A stretch of 63,711 bases of DNA from Oculina patagonica. Taxonomy: Eukaryota. The notes under the pieces are model-generated. The model had not been told where the DNA came from and ran no database searches. It saw only the letters and a list, made by a program, of their open reading frames with translations. The translations under genes and the position numbers were made by a program. This document shows, one piece after another, positions 35,701 to 50,487 of this stretch (positions are counted from its first letter, which is position 1; the number at the start of each line of letters is the position of its first letter). Location of the stretch: positions 26,102,001 to 26,165,711 of the forward strand of contig NC_135770.1 of assembly GCF_052425735.1 (NCBI RefSeq), given 5' to 3'.

Positions 35701-38700
35701 AAGACGTAAAGACTTGTTCGGCACGCACATCATCAAATTTAGCACTGGATTGTAAACTAAAAAAGAAAAATTCGACAAACTACTGAACCAGTTTTCGGAT
35801 GTGGGAAACCCAAGCTCTTCTTTTGCGTTGCGCGTTTTGATGATTCATTTGGCTGTGAAACACCGGGAAAACCATCAGCATTATTAATTAATATATACTA
35901 CAGCGATGGTTTAAATTCTTCCTCCGATAACGAGAAAGTCGGATAGGCTTGGTGCAGAAGCAAATCTTGCTGTCGTTGAAGTTATAAATGTAAAAGCCAA
36001 ACAAGAAAAGAATAATGACCTATTGAGGTTGCGTGATGTAAGAAAGACGTAATAAAATTTTTGGCCCTCTTTCCCAAATCTTTGAATATTTTTCTGTCAC
36101 TTGAAGGATACTAAGATCATTAAATGTGAACGGTTAACATTAATTGGAAATAGGAAATGCAAGTTAAACGATCCCTTACAATTTTCCTATTTATTATTTA
36201 AGGTCTTCGTTGGAAACACCGACAGGAACACACCAGTTTATCATGAGCTCGACCCACCAATCACGGCACGTTACATCCGTTTTCTACCAGTGTCTTGGAA
36301 TACCTACATAGCAATGAGGGTGGAGCTCTACGGTTGTCAAGGTACTTTAGACGATTTTTTGTTTCGAATTCTGCTGCAAATTTTTATATCAAAGTCTGTA
36401 AGGATTTTCTCTATTAAATGCAGATTTGAGAAGAAAAATTAGCGATAGGAAAATGGAACGACGTTTCGGTGACATCATGTCATCATTATCAAGTTAAAAT
36501 TAGAATAAAGAGTTGAAGCTAATATAATGAAAAAGAATGGAGTGAAAATATTAAGGGTGTGATAATCTATTAGCATAGTCAATTTTATGAAAAGAGTTTA
36601 GCACGCACAGAATTTGATTGCGTGTTAAGTTTCGGCTTTGTGTTTCTGATAAAGAGCATTTCGTAAATTAAGCAGTCCAGCTTCGTGCGGCATTTCTTTA
36701 AAACAGAAAACTGGTCTTGTACATTGTAAACTTGCAGCTTGTGGTCTTCTTTTAAGTGTTGACCAATCGCAAAATATTTATGTTCAGCGATTGTGATGTG
36801 ATTTATGTAGAGAGTTTAGAGTTCTGTGTTATCGCTCAAGTGGCCATGTCATTTAATCTATCAATCAACTTTCATAAAAGAGGGTTGCATCGCATCGGCA
36901 TCCAATCAGAGCGCACCCTTTATTTACGTTGTGCTATAAATACTGTATTGTGAACGTGAATCAACATACCGCTTTCGTCGTCCACCTTTAAATTACATCG
37001 TTAACCTCGTTTAGCAGACGAAATTGCACTTGATACCGACAGAGACCCATAAGGGTTGAAAAGTGTAACTCCCTATGATTCGCATTGTAAAAAGCGTTTG
37101 CACATTCGTTTTCATTAAGTACCATATTTGGAAAATCACGAGAAAAAACTAACCAATCAAAATTGCAATATTTGGATTAAATTCACAGCGCGCGCTAGCT
37201 CGCGCTCGATAGCGTAATCTTGTTTTTGAACAAGCTTGGTTGAATAAAGTTGAATTTGGTTAAATTCTCCTGTTTTATCGTCGTTAAATAGTCTGGGGAA
37301 CATCACTTGGATACGCTTAAAGAATTTCTTTTGTTTCTGTAAGAAATTCATGGCGTTTAGGTCGGAATTCAATTAACTCACCGCAAAACCGAAAACTGAT
37401 GCCGCGTGTTATTACGTGTGTAAAGTATTCGCGTACAAACTCTTCGTGTTTCCAAATATGGTACTTAGCAAAACTGAATATTCAAACGCTGTGAACGTGC
37501 GTTACACGTATTAACCCTTATGAGTTTCTGATACCGAATGACAACATGCTATATTCCCTAGGCGGCAAGTTTTAAATACTCTGTGGTTCTTAAACTCGGC
37601 TTTTGTGCAACAACGCTTTATTCAGTTGATAAATATTCTGTGAATAGCAGTTTTTAGAAGCTTTAGAGGAGCTTCAGCGCACAAAGCGCGCAAGCGCAGC
37701 ACCATGGGTAAGGAAATTTGGGATAATGGAGCCGAAAAAATATGGTTATCGAGTGAGCGTACGCGCGCCCGCCCGCACGCACGCGCCTACAGACTCTCGA
37801 GGAGGGGGAGAGGAGTCACAAGGCAACCAACGTGGGCTTGTATCTTTGATATCGGACATCCATGTATGATCAATTGGCAGCTGTCAGAACAAGTAATCGG
37901 CTGATCAGTATGACATGACCGTTTTGCGGGCTCATGTGTACAGCTCATCAAGGTCATGTGATTTTTTAAGCCGACCGCTGGCCCGGTTACTGTTTTTCAT
38001 TCGATCGCGGGCTCAAATCAAACTTTTTTGTCTAGGGTAATGACAGGATTTTGTAAGCGAAATTTTTGCGATTGGATTTGACGATAAATTTCGGCTATGG
38101 ATCTTTCTGGAGTGTGTACGTTTGATAACTTCCATAACAGTATTTTCAGTTAGAGTATTTTCACAAAATTTAAAGAACCAGAATAAAAGTGTGAAGCTCC
38201 ACCTTTAGGCTTGGCTAAATCTATAATTATATTATCGGATGTATACGCTTATCCAATGAAAAAATATATCTTCTCTTTAAAATTGGGGCGCCATTTACGC
38301 GATTGACTGCAATAAAGATGGTTATATTACACAATAAGTGCTGAAGTCCTACGCGTTCGCTTGCAATTGTTTCTGCATGGAATAACGCTATAAGAAACAG
38401 AACAATTCTTTCTTTAGCCATCTTATTAAAGTGTTTTATCAATGACTGTTATTTATTCGCAGATGTGGACGAATGTCAAGATATGTCCCACAATTGTCAT
38501 GCTTTGCTTGCCCAATGTAGCAACAATATTGGTTCATTTGACTGCACCTGCATTCAAGGATACACGGGAGATGGCGTGGATTGCTTTGGTATGGGTATTC
38601 AACAAATTTCTAGTTAGCAGGGTAGGGGAAGCCTATAACTCCTTATGAAACCCAGAATGGGATCAAGTTACAGTGTGAACCCAAAAACCGTGCACAGAAA

Positions 38701-41700
38701 AGCATCGAATGATAGCTCAAACTGCAAGAAATATAAACAAATGGACAGAGATGGAGTCAGACGGTTATTTTCATTGACAGATTTGTCCACTATATCCTCT
38801 ACTTCCTTTTTCAAAGTGTTCGCGGTTTTCGTGTTGTCAATGTAATGATGAACGACCAACGTCAGCTTTGAATATGAAAAGTATTGATAAGAAGGAACCC
38901 ATGACCATAAAAACCCCTAATAAAGTTATTAACATATAACTTTTAACTTTTTGTTTGAAAAGAATTTTTGAGTGTACAATAATTAATAATTTTGTATTCG
39001 AACGATTCACTGTTAATATGTCCTAGATTCTAGGATTTTGAGGCATGTCACATCATACCTTCTAGTGCAATAGTAAACTGCCTATCAGTTAGGGAGAAGA
39101 CGTGACAACGTCTTCTGTTAATGCTTCTTTCAGTCTTAAATCGACTTAAAAATATTTTAATGTCCAATATATTCTCCCACAGATATCGATGAATGTGCAA
39201 CAGCAACTCATAACTGTCATGGAGTGGCTAACTGTTACAACAATGAGGGTTCCTTTACCTGCGAGTGTCGAGGTGGTTACATTGGTGACGGAATAATAAG
39301 TTGTGAGCCCCTGGGTGAGTGCAAATTAAATTTCCAAGGTTATTGGGAGTGTTGGCTACAATCAACCCTTTTAGCAACACTGCCTTTGTCAGTGAATAAA
39401 CTGATTAACTGATTGACTGACTGACTCACTCACCCACCCCACTCATTCCAGACTCACAGACAGACGCAACAGACAGACGAAGCGTCTGACTGCATGGCTA
39501 GCGTCATGACTGACTGACTGACCGACTGACGGACTTGTTCCGTGAGTGGTTTGCCTTCAATTCTTTATTCTTTCTCCTTTTCGGCAGGAGATTTCTCGGT
39601 TACCATAAGAAACATTTCTAAGGACAAGTACCATGCCACTGTTGTTGAGCGGTCCGTCAAAAGTGTCCAAGAAGCGATAATTCAAGGTTTAAACAATGAT
39701 CTCACTGTGATGTCAAGTACCTTGGAATGGCGTATCATTAGTGAAGCAGAACTTGCTGCTTCAGAGTCAGCCGACGGAACTTTAGTAAGTCAAGGGACAA
39801 CTGAGTGGACTATAAACAGGAGATCCATACCCGCTGGTATCTATCAAGTTAAATTCACTGCTGAATACACAATCGGTGATCTTTCATTCTCACAAAATGT
39901 TACTGCCTTTGACTTTGGCTTCATTGAGGTCATTCCTGCTCCAGTCCGAGCAATTATCGATGGAGGAAACAGCGTTCGTTGGGGATCCGCGGAAATTGTA
40001 ACTGTTGACGGCTCATTGAGTTATGATGGAGATATTGGCCCTGGAGATCATACTGGGCTCAATTTTACTTGGTCATGTACCGATGCAGATGACATTGCTA
40101 CTATTAGTAATGATTGCTTTGGTTCTTTTGTTGGAGAAGTAAATGAATTTTCAACAGCCATTAGCATTGATCCTCAGGCTGGACAACTTCAAGTTGGAAA
40201 AGCCTATGTTCTAGGGCTGACTGTTTCCAAAGATGACAGAAGCTCGTTCTGTGAAATGTTGTTTGAGATTGCAGCCGGAGAGGTACCTCAGGTGGCTCTA
40301 AGGTAAATAATAGCATCGCACTTAAACTGGAAGGCAATGTGATAAATTAGTTTAGAAAGAATGGCTGCTCCTTTGGGCACGGTTTAGTTATCAAAACTAA
40401 GTGTTTTAGGCACCCATGCCTCGTACCATCATGTATGTGAATACATGTGTACTGTTTACGAGCAAACATTAACTATTAATTATTTTTAGAATATCCCTTC
40501 ATTGCTTTCCACACATTTTTAGTTTTTTCGCTTCTTATAGTGATTTCAATCTCAACTGCTACTCGGTAAGTGCCATTACGTCACCACTAAATATAACCAA
40601 TTTCATGTTTTCTTATTTTTCAATCTGTTGTAGATGCTTTGTAGATTGTGGTGCAGTTGTGTCTGCTTCAAACAAGCTTCGAGTGACATCAGAATGCCCA
40701 AACTCTCCTTGCAATGGCTCAGTTTATGAATGGCGATTAAAACGATTCAATGACTATTCAAGCAACTGGGATGATGTGCCTATATTACCTAACATGACGT
40801 CGACTACAGTAAATGCGACCAACATGATTATCAAGAAGAACTCACTGCAATCAAAATCAAAATACAGTTTAACGTTACTCGTAACATCTTTAGAAGGAGT
40901 AGAAGGTTTTTCCGTGCTGGATTTTGAGACAGCTGGAGCGCCGCACAGCGGATACTGTACAGCGTCAGTCAGTGAAGGCGTGTCACTTGAAACGGAGTTT
41001 ACCTTCAAGTGCTTTGATTGGCAAGATACAAATGCTCTCACTTATGAATTTCAACTTGGAGAAGAGCCAATATCATATGGCAGCTCTCCCCAGTCTGTGT
41101 CGACAGTGTTACCGGCAGGATCACCAGAAGACGATCACCAGTTGCAAATTAACATCGTTATCAAGAATGCTGTCGGCGTCGCGGCTCTAGTTAATCTGAT
41201 TGTTAAGGTACCCATAAAATTGTGGATATATTTCTGTCTAGCTTTCTATAACTAATAGGAATAAGAACAACAACGAGAACATAAATCCTCATGCAATGAC
41301 GTATGGTGAAAAAAACTAAGAAAACAAATTCTGAGTTTAGAGATGGGACTTGAGCCTACGAAATTCCGTACACTAGTTGAATGCTACAGCCACTGAGCTA
41401 CTGATAGCGCTAGTGGTGAGAGATGGTCAAGTGTGGCACGACGCCTGCATCTCGCAACCACATTACATGTATATTAATGAACGCACATGTAACTGCATAA
41501 CGCAGTCACATTATAATAATACTCTCAGACTAAATAAACATGCCGTGGTGTATTCAGTTTCAGTGCATAATTGGAAAACAAATTATCCTGTAGTAACGTA
41601 GTCGCTACTTATTCATCTCAATTTATCCTAATTATTGGAGTTATCTATCATGGTTCCTGTTGAACTTGATAATACATTCATCATTTTTTAACCGTTGAAT

Positions 41701-44700
41701 GTTATTCGAAGGTTATTATCAATTACATTAACTTTTGCTCAATATGCCGTGAATTATATCAAACGTATAGAAGACTAATAATGGATTTCCTTGTTAGTAC
41801 AATATTCATTAGCATTATATGATTCAGTGGTGTTAACACGGATACCGGCTCGCGATCAGTACATTTAGTCTATTTGGCAAGCGTTAAAACTTTGTTTATT
41901 TTGGGTACCGATAGGTCTCCATACCAAAAATAGAAGCAACTTAATAGCTCGTCTTAAAGTGGATATATAGTGAGTCTTTGTAGGCCAACTTGGAGGTTTT
42001 TTGTAATATTTTATTGATGTTCTGTAGGTGACACCGTCGTCCTCCCTTGATCCTTGCCTTTCACCGCCAGATGCAGTCGCCATCAAGCTAAAAAGCTATG
42101 TAATCGGGGAAGGAAATAAGCTAGATGGATTTCTAAACAAAGGCGAACTCAGTCAAGCTGTCCAGCTCTCCTTGTCCGTCCTGAAGTCTGCCAATGAGGA
42201 ATCAACTTGTGGGCAAACATTGGACCCGGATGTAAAAAAATTGGTACGTTTACAAAAAAAAATATATAGCGATCAAAACGCTTCCATTGGTTAGTATATC
42301 GGCCTATGCCATTAACAATCAATAATATACAAAGCAGACACCTATCAAAGCATTTTAATCGCTTGCCTGCTGGCATGAAACCTGTGTTAATGGAGGTATG
42401 TGGTATTCTTTTCACGTTCTTTTCACAGACCAAAAAAAAAAAAAATAATGGGAGTGTCCATACTAAGTGGCACTTAATATGGAGTGGTGTTATATCGCCA
42501 CGATACCTAGGATATGTATTTTGTACGCTTGTCACATTACTCTGTCGCCTCTAGGAACCTTCTAGGAAATAATACAGCCGATCATCATGTAAAATTTTTT
42601 AGTTTTTATGACCATAATAAAAGAGAACGTTCATAGTGATACTCAGGGTCGAGGCAAATCTCGCTTGATCATGATTGATTATGCCCTTATTTAAAGCACA
42701 GCACTTTATATTTCTTGCCGGTCTGTCAAGAACGAGTGTTCTTAAAAAGCATTACTTTGCCTTCATTGTTTTTAGATTTCAGAAACATTAATTGTAAAGT
42801 TTACATCTATAACACCTGAGAGCCTTGACATGTCTCGCTTGGTTATGTCTGTGGTAAGCGTGGCAATGGCAATGGGTGGAGAACAACAACAATCGAGTGA
42901 TGGCGATAGCGACAGTAATAGCCTGGTAAGAAAATCTTCTATCTAAACAAAGATGGTTTCACTCCTGGCAATAATTAATGCATCAGCGTTTTTTTCCCTA
43001 CCTTTTTTATTCACCTTTTAAGCTTCTCAATTGATCAATGCATTTATTCAACCTTCCGTCCATCCTCCCATCCATCCATCTTCATCCTTTTTCCTCCTTT
43101 CCGTCCGTCACTCCGTCCGTCCATCCGTCCTGATTAACGAATGTCGTAAAGTGCACGACATCCGGTACCGCATTCCCACTGCATAAATTTTCATCTGCGC
43201 CTGTTAAGTAAAAAATAAATGGAAAGGCTGGGGACGAATGAGACGACAAGAAAGCGAGAGTTCAGTTTGGCGTCCGATACACTTCATGCCATTCCCAAGC
43301 TTTCTTCCGAAAATAATTGACAGGTTCAAGTAAGCTTTGTGTACACAAGTGGTACTGTTTTTATCAGTCGTAAATTTGCTTAAACTGAAATTTCGGTTTA
43401 CTTTAAACAGGGCAAGGGATAAGTCGTATTTCTCCGCACAATTAACTGTAGTTAAATAGAGGAATAAACGCATTTGTGTAATAATACATTTGTAGTAATA
43501 AATTCAGTATATGTTCTTGGTTAATTTTCAAACTTTATCTCCCTGCGGATTATTGTACACATTTTAATATAGCATTTCTATCCTAGGAGTTAACAATGCA
43601 AATGACAGACAAGACAGCGAACATGCTAACGGACACCCTTAATGACTTAGAGGAGCCATTTTCTCCTGTTTTGGAGCTGACGGCTAAGAGTGTTACAGGA
43701 TGTCTTACAAATGTTCTTCAGTCGGCAGCAGGTACAAGTCAAGCGAACGGAGCTTCACCGTCCCCAGAGGTACTGAAACGGCAATGTTGCTTACTGCTTT
43801 TCTGGTGTCTGAATATTTGCGGTTAACAACTGAGTTTGTATGATTTAAGTATTGGCATTTTTGAGCGCCATTAATGAAAAAAATCGTAAGCGGAAGGCTA
43901 TCAATAGTATTTTATTATGTTGATTTGTGTTTAAAACTTCGTTAAAGAACATAACATCAGTGTTACTTCTTCTGTTGTTACAGTTTGCGAAAAAGGCTTC
44001 GGGAAAATTGAGCAACATGAGTGATGCATTCTTTGGCCGCTTGGTTCCGTCTGAAGACTTAGTTATTAAAACAACCAACTTGGCAATATCTCTTAAGAAG
44101 GTCTCCGCTGACGATGTAAAGGGACTGGGTATGGAAGAAGGGCCTTCAAAATTTAAGTTACCCGGTAACCTTGGAAACCTTGGTGGTGGAAACATCAATG
44201 CAAAGGTAAGGAGATCATTTTTGGCGTTCAGAATATTGTGATAACCTTTATATAGCGTTTAACTTGCCACGATAAAAGTTGCTTTGTAGCACAAACGATG
44301 GAATGCGTTTAGTTTGTGAGATACCGTAGATTTCCGCAAATTAGACTTTCGACAGCAAACTGGAAATGAAGCCCTTAACTCCTTATCTATCACAAGAATA
44401 TATTTCGTCTAAACTCTCATCGAGGAACATCATCTCCTCCCGCTTTCAAGGCTTCAAGAGGCCTGTGTGAATTTGCTTTGTATATTTTTGTCGAATTATA
44501 TTTATTTTAATAGTGACTGCAGAACGTTTGCTCCATACCGTTATATTTTCATTCTCAATATTTCATTCAAATAAAATATATGCCCAAACATTTTTAAATA
44601 AAAAATGCTTTCCAATAATTCCACATCGTCATCCTCAAAGCCATCACAGAAAATGACCCTACCTAAAAAAGGCTTTTCAAACTAGTGCAAGTATATCTTT

Positions 44701-47700
44701 TTTAAAAAATAGTTTGCTATTTATGCGATTTTCTCTCTTAGATCAACTACCTCGTGTAAGTGACCGACTTGTATGTTTCAAAGTGATAAATAAATTCGTA
44801 GCCCCTACCGAGGAAAACAGGTCTTCAGCAATTGCTTTAGTAATAAAATTCATAATAACAAAAAAGGCATCATATATTTGATCCTCAATTTCACGCTGCA
44901 TGGTCTTTTGTTAGCAGCCACGGGGCGGAAGACAAAAAAGACAAACATGGTACATGTATTCAGTTTGTGTCAACCTTTACTTTATATTTCGATCCATATT
45001 CTGTCATGCTCGCTTTTATTACGTATTTCACCAACTCAATCATTCAATAACAATTTCTGACGCCTTTTATACAGTCGCCTAGTTTAGAGCAAACTAAAAC
45101 GTCAGCAATAATTATTAAGTCGATTTAAAATGAAGAAAGCCTAAACAAAATTCTATAGTATAACGTTGGTGAAAGTTGTAATGAAACAAATATTCCACGA
45201 TTCTCGAATATTTCTGTTGTTTCCTTTTTCAGATGCAGGCTGTTAATTTCAACCCCTTCACCTGGGACAAGAGCAGCAAGAAGATCAAATCAAGTGTGAC
45301 CAGTCTCGATCTTCAAAGTGGCAATGGGAAAAAGATTAATGTATCAAACCTCGATAGTGACATTGAGATTGTTATTCCGATTGCCAGTCCACCAAGGAAC
45401 ACCAGCAACGGAACTGAACATAATTTCCTAAAGCCAAACAAAATGTCCATCCGTAGCTATTACGCTGAGCTAGCAGATGTCCCCGTTTCTATTAAAGTCG
45501 GTGTGCAGGCAGAAGGCGCTGTCATCGAATTGTTTGTTAAATTTGGGTCAAAACCTACGATCGAGGACTCTGATCACAACTTTACAGTTTTGTACACGTG
45601 CTCAAACCAAACAGATGACGAGCAAAACGAAACTTCTTGCCATCTTGAAGAGACCTCTGTAACGGTAGTGCCTCCTGAGCCAATTCGTATTTATGTCGGT
45701 CTGTTGTTCCTTGGAGCTAAAAATGTTACTGAACATTCCAGAAGGCGAAGGTCATGTTTTGGCCATGGTCGTGAAAGACGGTCATGTGTTGGTTTCAAGG
45801 ACCCACCTCCTAAAGGAGGAGTCTATAAAACGGATGTTCCACAGTATGACCCGTCAACAGATGCCAACTACTCCTTCACTACTACCCAATCAAGCTGTCT
45901 GTACTGGTCTGAAGATAAAGAGAAGTGGACCTCCGATGGCTGCAAGGTAAATTATATTAACGTTATATCTTTCGTCATCTCACTTTCCACTGTTTTTTTT
46001 AATTGACCAAGATCGGGAGACAGAACCAATCTTCCTGCAAAGCCGTTCTCCAAAAGATAGAAATATTTCAAATCCGGTCGTTCCATTTAATATCGGTCGT
46101 TCTCTTCCATAGAAATTCAATCTATCAAACAACAAACCTCGCTTTTCAGCAGGTCATGTTCCACGTAATTTTAGGGGCTAATAGCTATACCAGGTCTCTC
46201 CAGAACTAAATATGTTTAGAGCTTGATTCAGATTAGTCGTCGATAAACTTTCACGAGAACTGGAATATAAATGCTTTATGGTTTTAAACAGAGGAACGAA
46301 GAAAACGCTGGCAGGATTAAAAATATGATAACTGTTGTAATTGAAAGCAGATATAATTAGATAGATTCGATCAGAACTGTGGCAGGAATAGGAGATCAAG
46401 CAAACCTTGTTTTTCAGCAGGTCATGTTCCACATAATTTTAGGCGCTAATAGCTATACCAGGTCTCTCCAAAACTAAATATGTTTAGAGCTTGGTTCAGA
46501 TTAGTCGTCGATAAACTTTCACGAGAACTGGCATATAAATGCTTTATGGTTTTAGACAGAGGAACGAAGGAAACGTTGGCAAGTTTAAAAATGTAATAAC
46601 TGTTGTAATTGAATAAAACTGCTGGAGCGATCTGTAGTCATAGCTTAAAATATAAAAATGTTTAAAACAGATCTAAAAATATAAAACGATACTCTAAATT
46701 TTCGATCGCCTTCTGCGGTCTTCTTCAGAGAAGGATGGATTTTTGTTGTAACTGAAAGCAGATATAACTAGATAGATTCGATCAGAACTGTGGCAGGAAT
46801 AGGAGATCAAGCGGATTTAAACATACAGTTAACTCGTTATTTATCTTCCCTGTTACTGACATAGATTGCTTGTTTCTCACCAGGTCGACGCCAGTTCAAA
46901 CACCACCCATCTTAAATGTCTGTGCAATCATTTGACGTCCTTTGGAGGAAACTTCATTCAAGCACCAAATCCTATTGACTTTGACAAGGTGTTTACTGAG
47001 TTTACAAAGCTTGGTGAAACTGGCAATATCTCAGTACTTGTGACAATTGCATGTGCTTTTCTCCTTTACTTTGTTGTGTTAATCTTCGCAAGGAGGGCCG
47101 ACAAGAGAGACGAAAACAAGGTACATCACTGATGGTATCAAAGTCACCATTAAAATATTATATGTTTTAGCTCATAATTAGCAATTATTGGATGAGGCAG
47201 AGTATGATATGAAGAATTATGCAGATCGAGTAGGGTGTTTCAGGACAACACCCTCCGACATCTGTATAATTCTTCATATCATACGAAAGTTGAATTCAAT
47301 AATTGTTTTATAATCCATTCAAAATATTTCCAGAGTTTGAATTTAATAGGGTTTTGACAAAAGCCAAAGTACACAATATACAGCAACATTCGAATTGAAA
47401 GTTGATTTAAAAACTTCAAAACTTGGTTACCTTCATAAAAATTTCTTGTTCTTCATAATGTCGATATTCAGCAGTTGCTTGAAGTGTCTAGTAAAGCTAA
47501 ATCTGACGACACATAGCGACGTTTTCAAAAATAGGTTAACATCGTTTTTGCTTACTTCGACGTAGAATTTTCGGAAAACCGCTCCAAGTCCTCCGCTGTG
47601 GCTGGTTCAGGAATTTGTTTTTTCTTGAAGATGAGCTTTGGAAATCGTTTGATTCGTCTTCGTTGCCTTTTTCGTGTTAAAACTGTCCTTTTCGTCTAAT

Positions 47701-50456
47701 AATTTGGTAATTTTCTGCTCGTCGTACTGCATAAATCTCGCTATTTTCCCGCTCAAAACAGTTGCCGTGTATTGTGGGAACGCGGTTGCCATCGGCTAAC
47801 GGCGTGGGAACGAGGTTGCGATCGGATAACATTTGACGTCAATCGTCGTATAATTGGACCTTCTTCCAAATTTGGTCGGCTAAATTTTAGCCGACCAACG
47901 GTTAGCTGGATTTTCCCGGGGATTGAAAGCCAATCAGAAACGGAGAAATAATGTGAATGAATAATAATATAAATTAAACACGTGCAAAGTCGTTAGTAAG
48001 CGAATCGCGTGAAATAACATCTAGTTTTTGATTTATTACAGATTTCCCCTCCTAAGCATGTGACCATCGTTGAAGAAGGGACCTACTATTACGACATGGT
48101 TATTAGCACCGGAGTTTGGAAACATTCAGCAACAACAGCCAACGTAACGATCAGCATAAAAGGCGAAATTAACGACCACAAGCTTATTCCACTGCGAAGT
48201 AAAGGGGATTCAAGTAAAATATTTGCGCGCGGAAGTGTTGATGGATTTGTCCTAATCACAAACGAATCGTTAGGTACATTAAAAGAAATAACTTTAGAAC
48301 ATGACAATTCAGGAGATGATCCATCTTGGTTTGTAGAGACAGTAGTACTCAGAGACAGGCAAACAGAAGAACGATGGGTGTTCCCCATAAATCGATGGCT
48401 CGCGTTGGAAAAAGAAGATGGACAAATAGAAGTTACGATGGACAACAAAAGTTCTTCTTCCTTTTCAGCTGAGGTGCGTTCACGCTTTGGAAGAAAGATT
48501 GCAGACGGTCACTTGTGGATGTCAGTGGCTGGAAAAGCATGCAGCAGTACTTTCACTCGTGTACAGAGAGCCTCGTGTTGTCTTTCAATTCTGTTTAGCG
48601 CCATGATTGCCAATGCCATGTTCTATAACATTGGTGGCGAGTCGGATGGAGCTATACAGGTTGGACCATTCAAGTTTTCATGGAAACAGATTGTTGTTGG
48701 AGTGCAAAGTGGACTTATAGTTGCACCAGTAAACATTCTCATCGTCCTTTTGTTCAAGTCTAGCAGACCAAGAAAGAACAAGGGAGGAAAATATAAAGAC
48801 ATTGACCAAGCCCAGGAACTTGTAGATGAAATAAGTGAAACAGGCTGCACGCTGCCTCATTTCTGTGTATACATCGGTTGGTTTCTCTGCTTCGTCACAA
48901 CTCTAACGGCAGCAACGTTTACCTTATTTTACAGCTTAATGTGGGGTAAAGAAGTTGCCGAGCAATGGCTTGCCTCCATTTTGATTTCAAATGGACAAGA
49001 TATTTTCGTTGTACAGCCAACAAAGGTAATGCTGGCAGTCATTGTAGTTTCCTTGCTCTTCAGCAGAAGGAATAAGAACAAAAGTGATGATTCTGAGGAG
49101 GAGAGTAAAGAAAGCGATGCCTATGACGATGACATCGACTTTCTAAGTGATGATCCTAAACAACGCTTTAAACAAAATCTCTTGGAGAAGATGCGTATGC
49201 GAAGCAAAAAAGAGGCTCAGTTGACAGACATAGTGAAGGAAATTGTCCTTCATTTAATATTTATGTTTCTCTTGGCTATCGTTTGCTATGGCAACAAGAA
49301 TGGAAATCGTTTTCTAATGACAACTGCAGTGAAAAATCCCTTCACGAAGTTTGACCTGGTAAGACTTCACTAGGTTTCTATAACTATTTTGGGAAGTCAT
49401 TCTTGTCTTGGGTAACTAACAATGCTATTATTTCCCTTAAAATACGAATGTGGGTTGAGTTTGTTGTTGGTTATTGTTCTTGCTCCAAGGGCTTTTCTCT
49501 GGGTTCTCCGGTTTGATAAAAGATACTATTTGCAGAACTTACATTGCCAAAGTACTATACATTTTGAAACTTTCTACCGATATTGACTTTCGTGTGGGCT
49601 GCCTTATTTTTTAAAGAATGTATCGACTTCCCCAGTATATCGAGAACTGCTTCTTCTATCTAGTCTATATCACAGTTGGAGATTTTATTATTTCATATTT
49701 TGATTTACTATATGGCAATCCCTGGCTTCAGTCAACATAATACGACTTTTTTTCTGCTCTTTAGTAATTGTAACTGATATAAAAATATAAAGCAGGATAA
49801 TTAATTACTAAATATAACCGCTTTAATATATCTGTAATGGAACTGGTTTAAATGTCAGTAACTCAAAACGAATGTAGTTAATTCTTGATCATATATTTGT
49901 GTAATCGATACCTCAGCCTCGACATTAATGCTCGACATTACATAAACCTCATCTCATCTCGTCTCATATCATCTCATCTCATCTTATCTCATATCATATC
50001 TTATCTATATCGGGGGGTGAACCACTTGACACCTTGCAGGAAATTTTTACCCAAATTCTTGTTCACATTTTAGATAAGCAATTCGCACAAACTGCAGGGA
50101 TGGTTACGGCAAGAATTCTTTCCAAATATTTACAATCAGCCGTGGTACAACGGTCTTAAGGAGGAAAATGACGTGTACATTGCAAACAAGATGTCCATAT
50201 TGATTGGCATGCCTTGGATGCGACAGTTGAGAGTCCAAAAAGGTAAAACCTAAGTAAATGTTATATTCGAAAATGAANNNNNNNNNNNNNNNNNNNNNNN
50301 NNNNNNNNNNNNNNNNNNNNNNNNNNNNNNNNNNNNNNNNNNNNNNNNNNNNNNNNNNNNNNNNNNNNNNNNNNNNNNNNNNNNNNNNNNNNNNNNNNNN
50401 NNNNNNNNNNNNNNNNTCCATCCGTCTCCCTGTCTGTCTATCTGTCTGTCTGTCTA

Positions 50457-50487
<31 letters not shown>

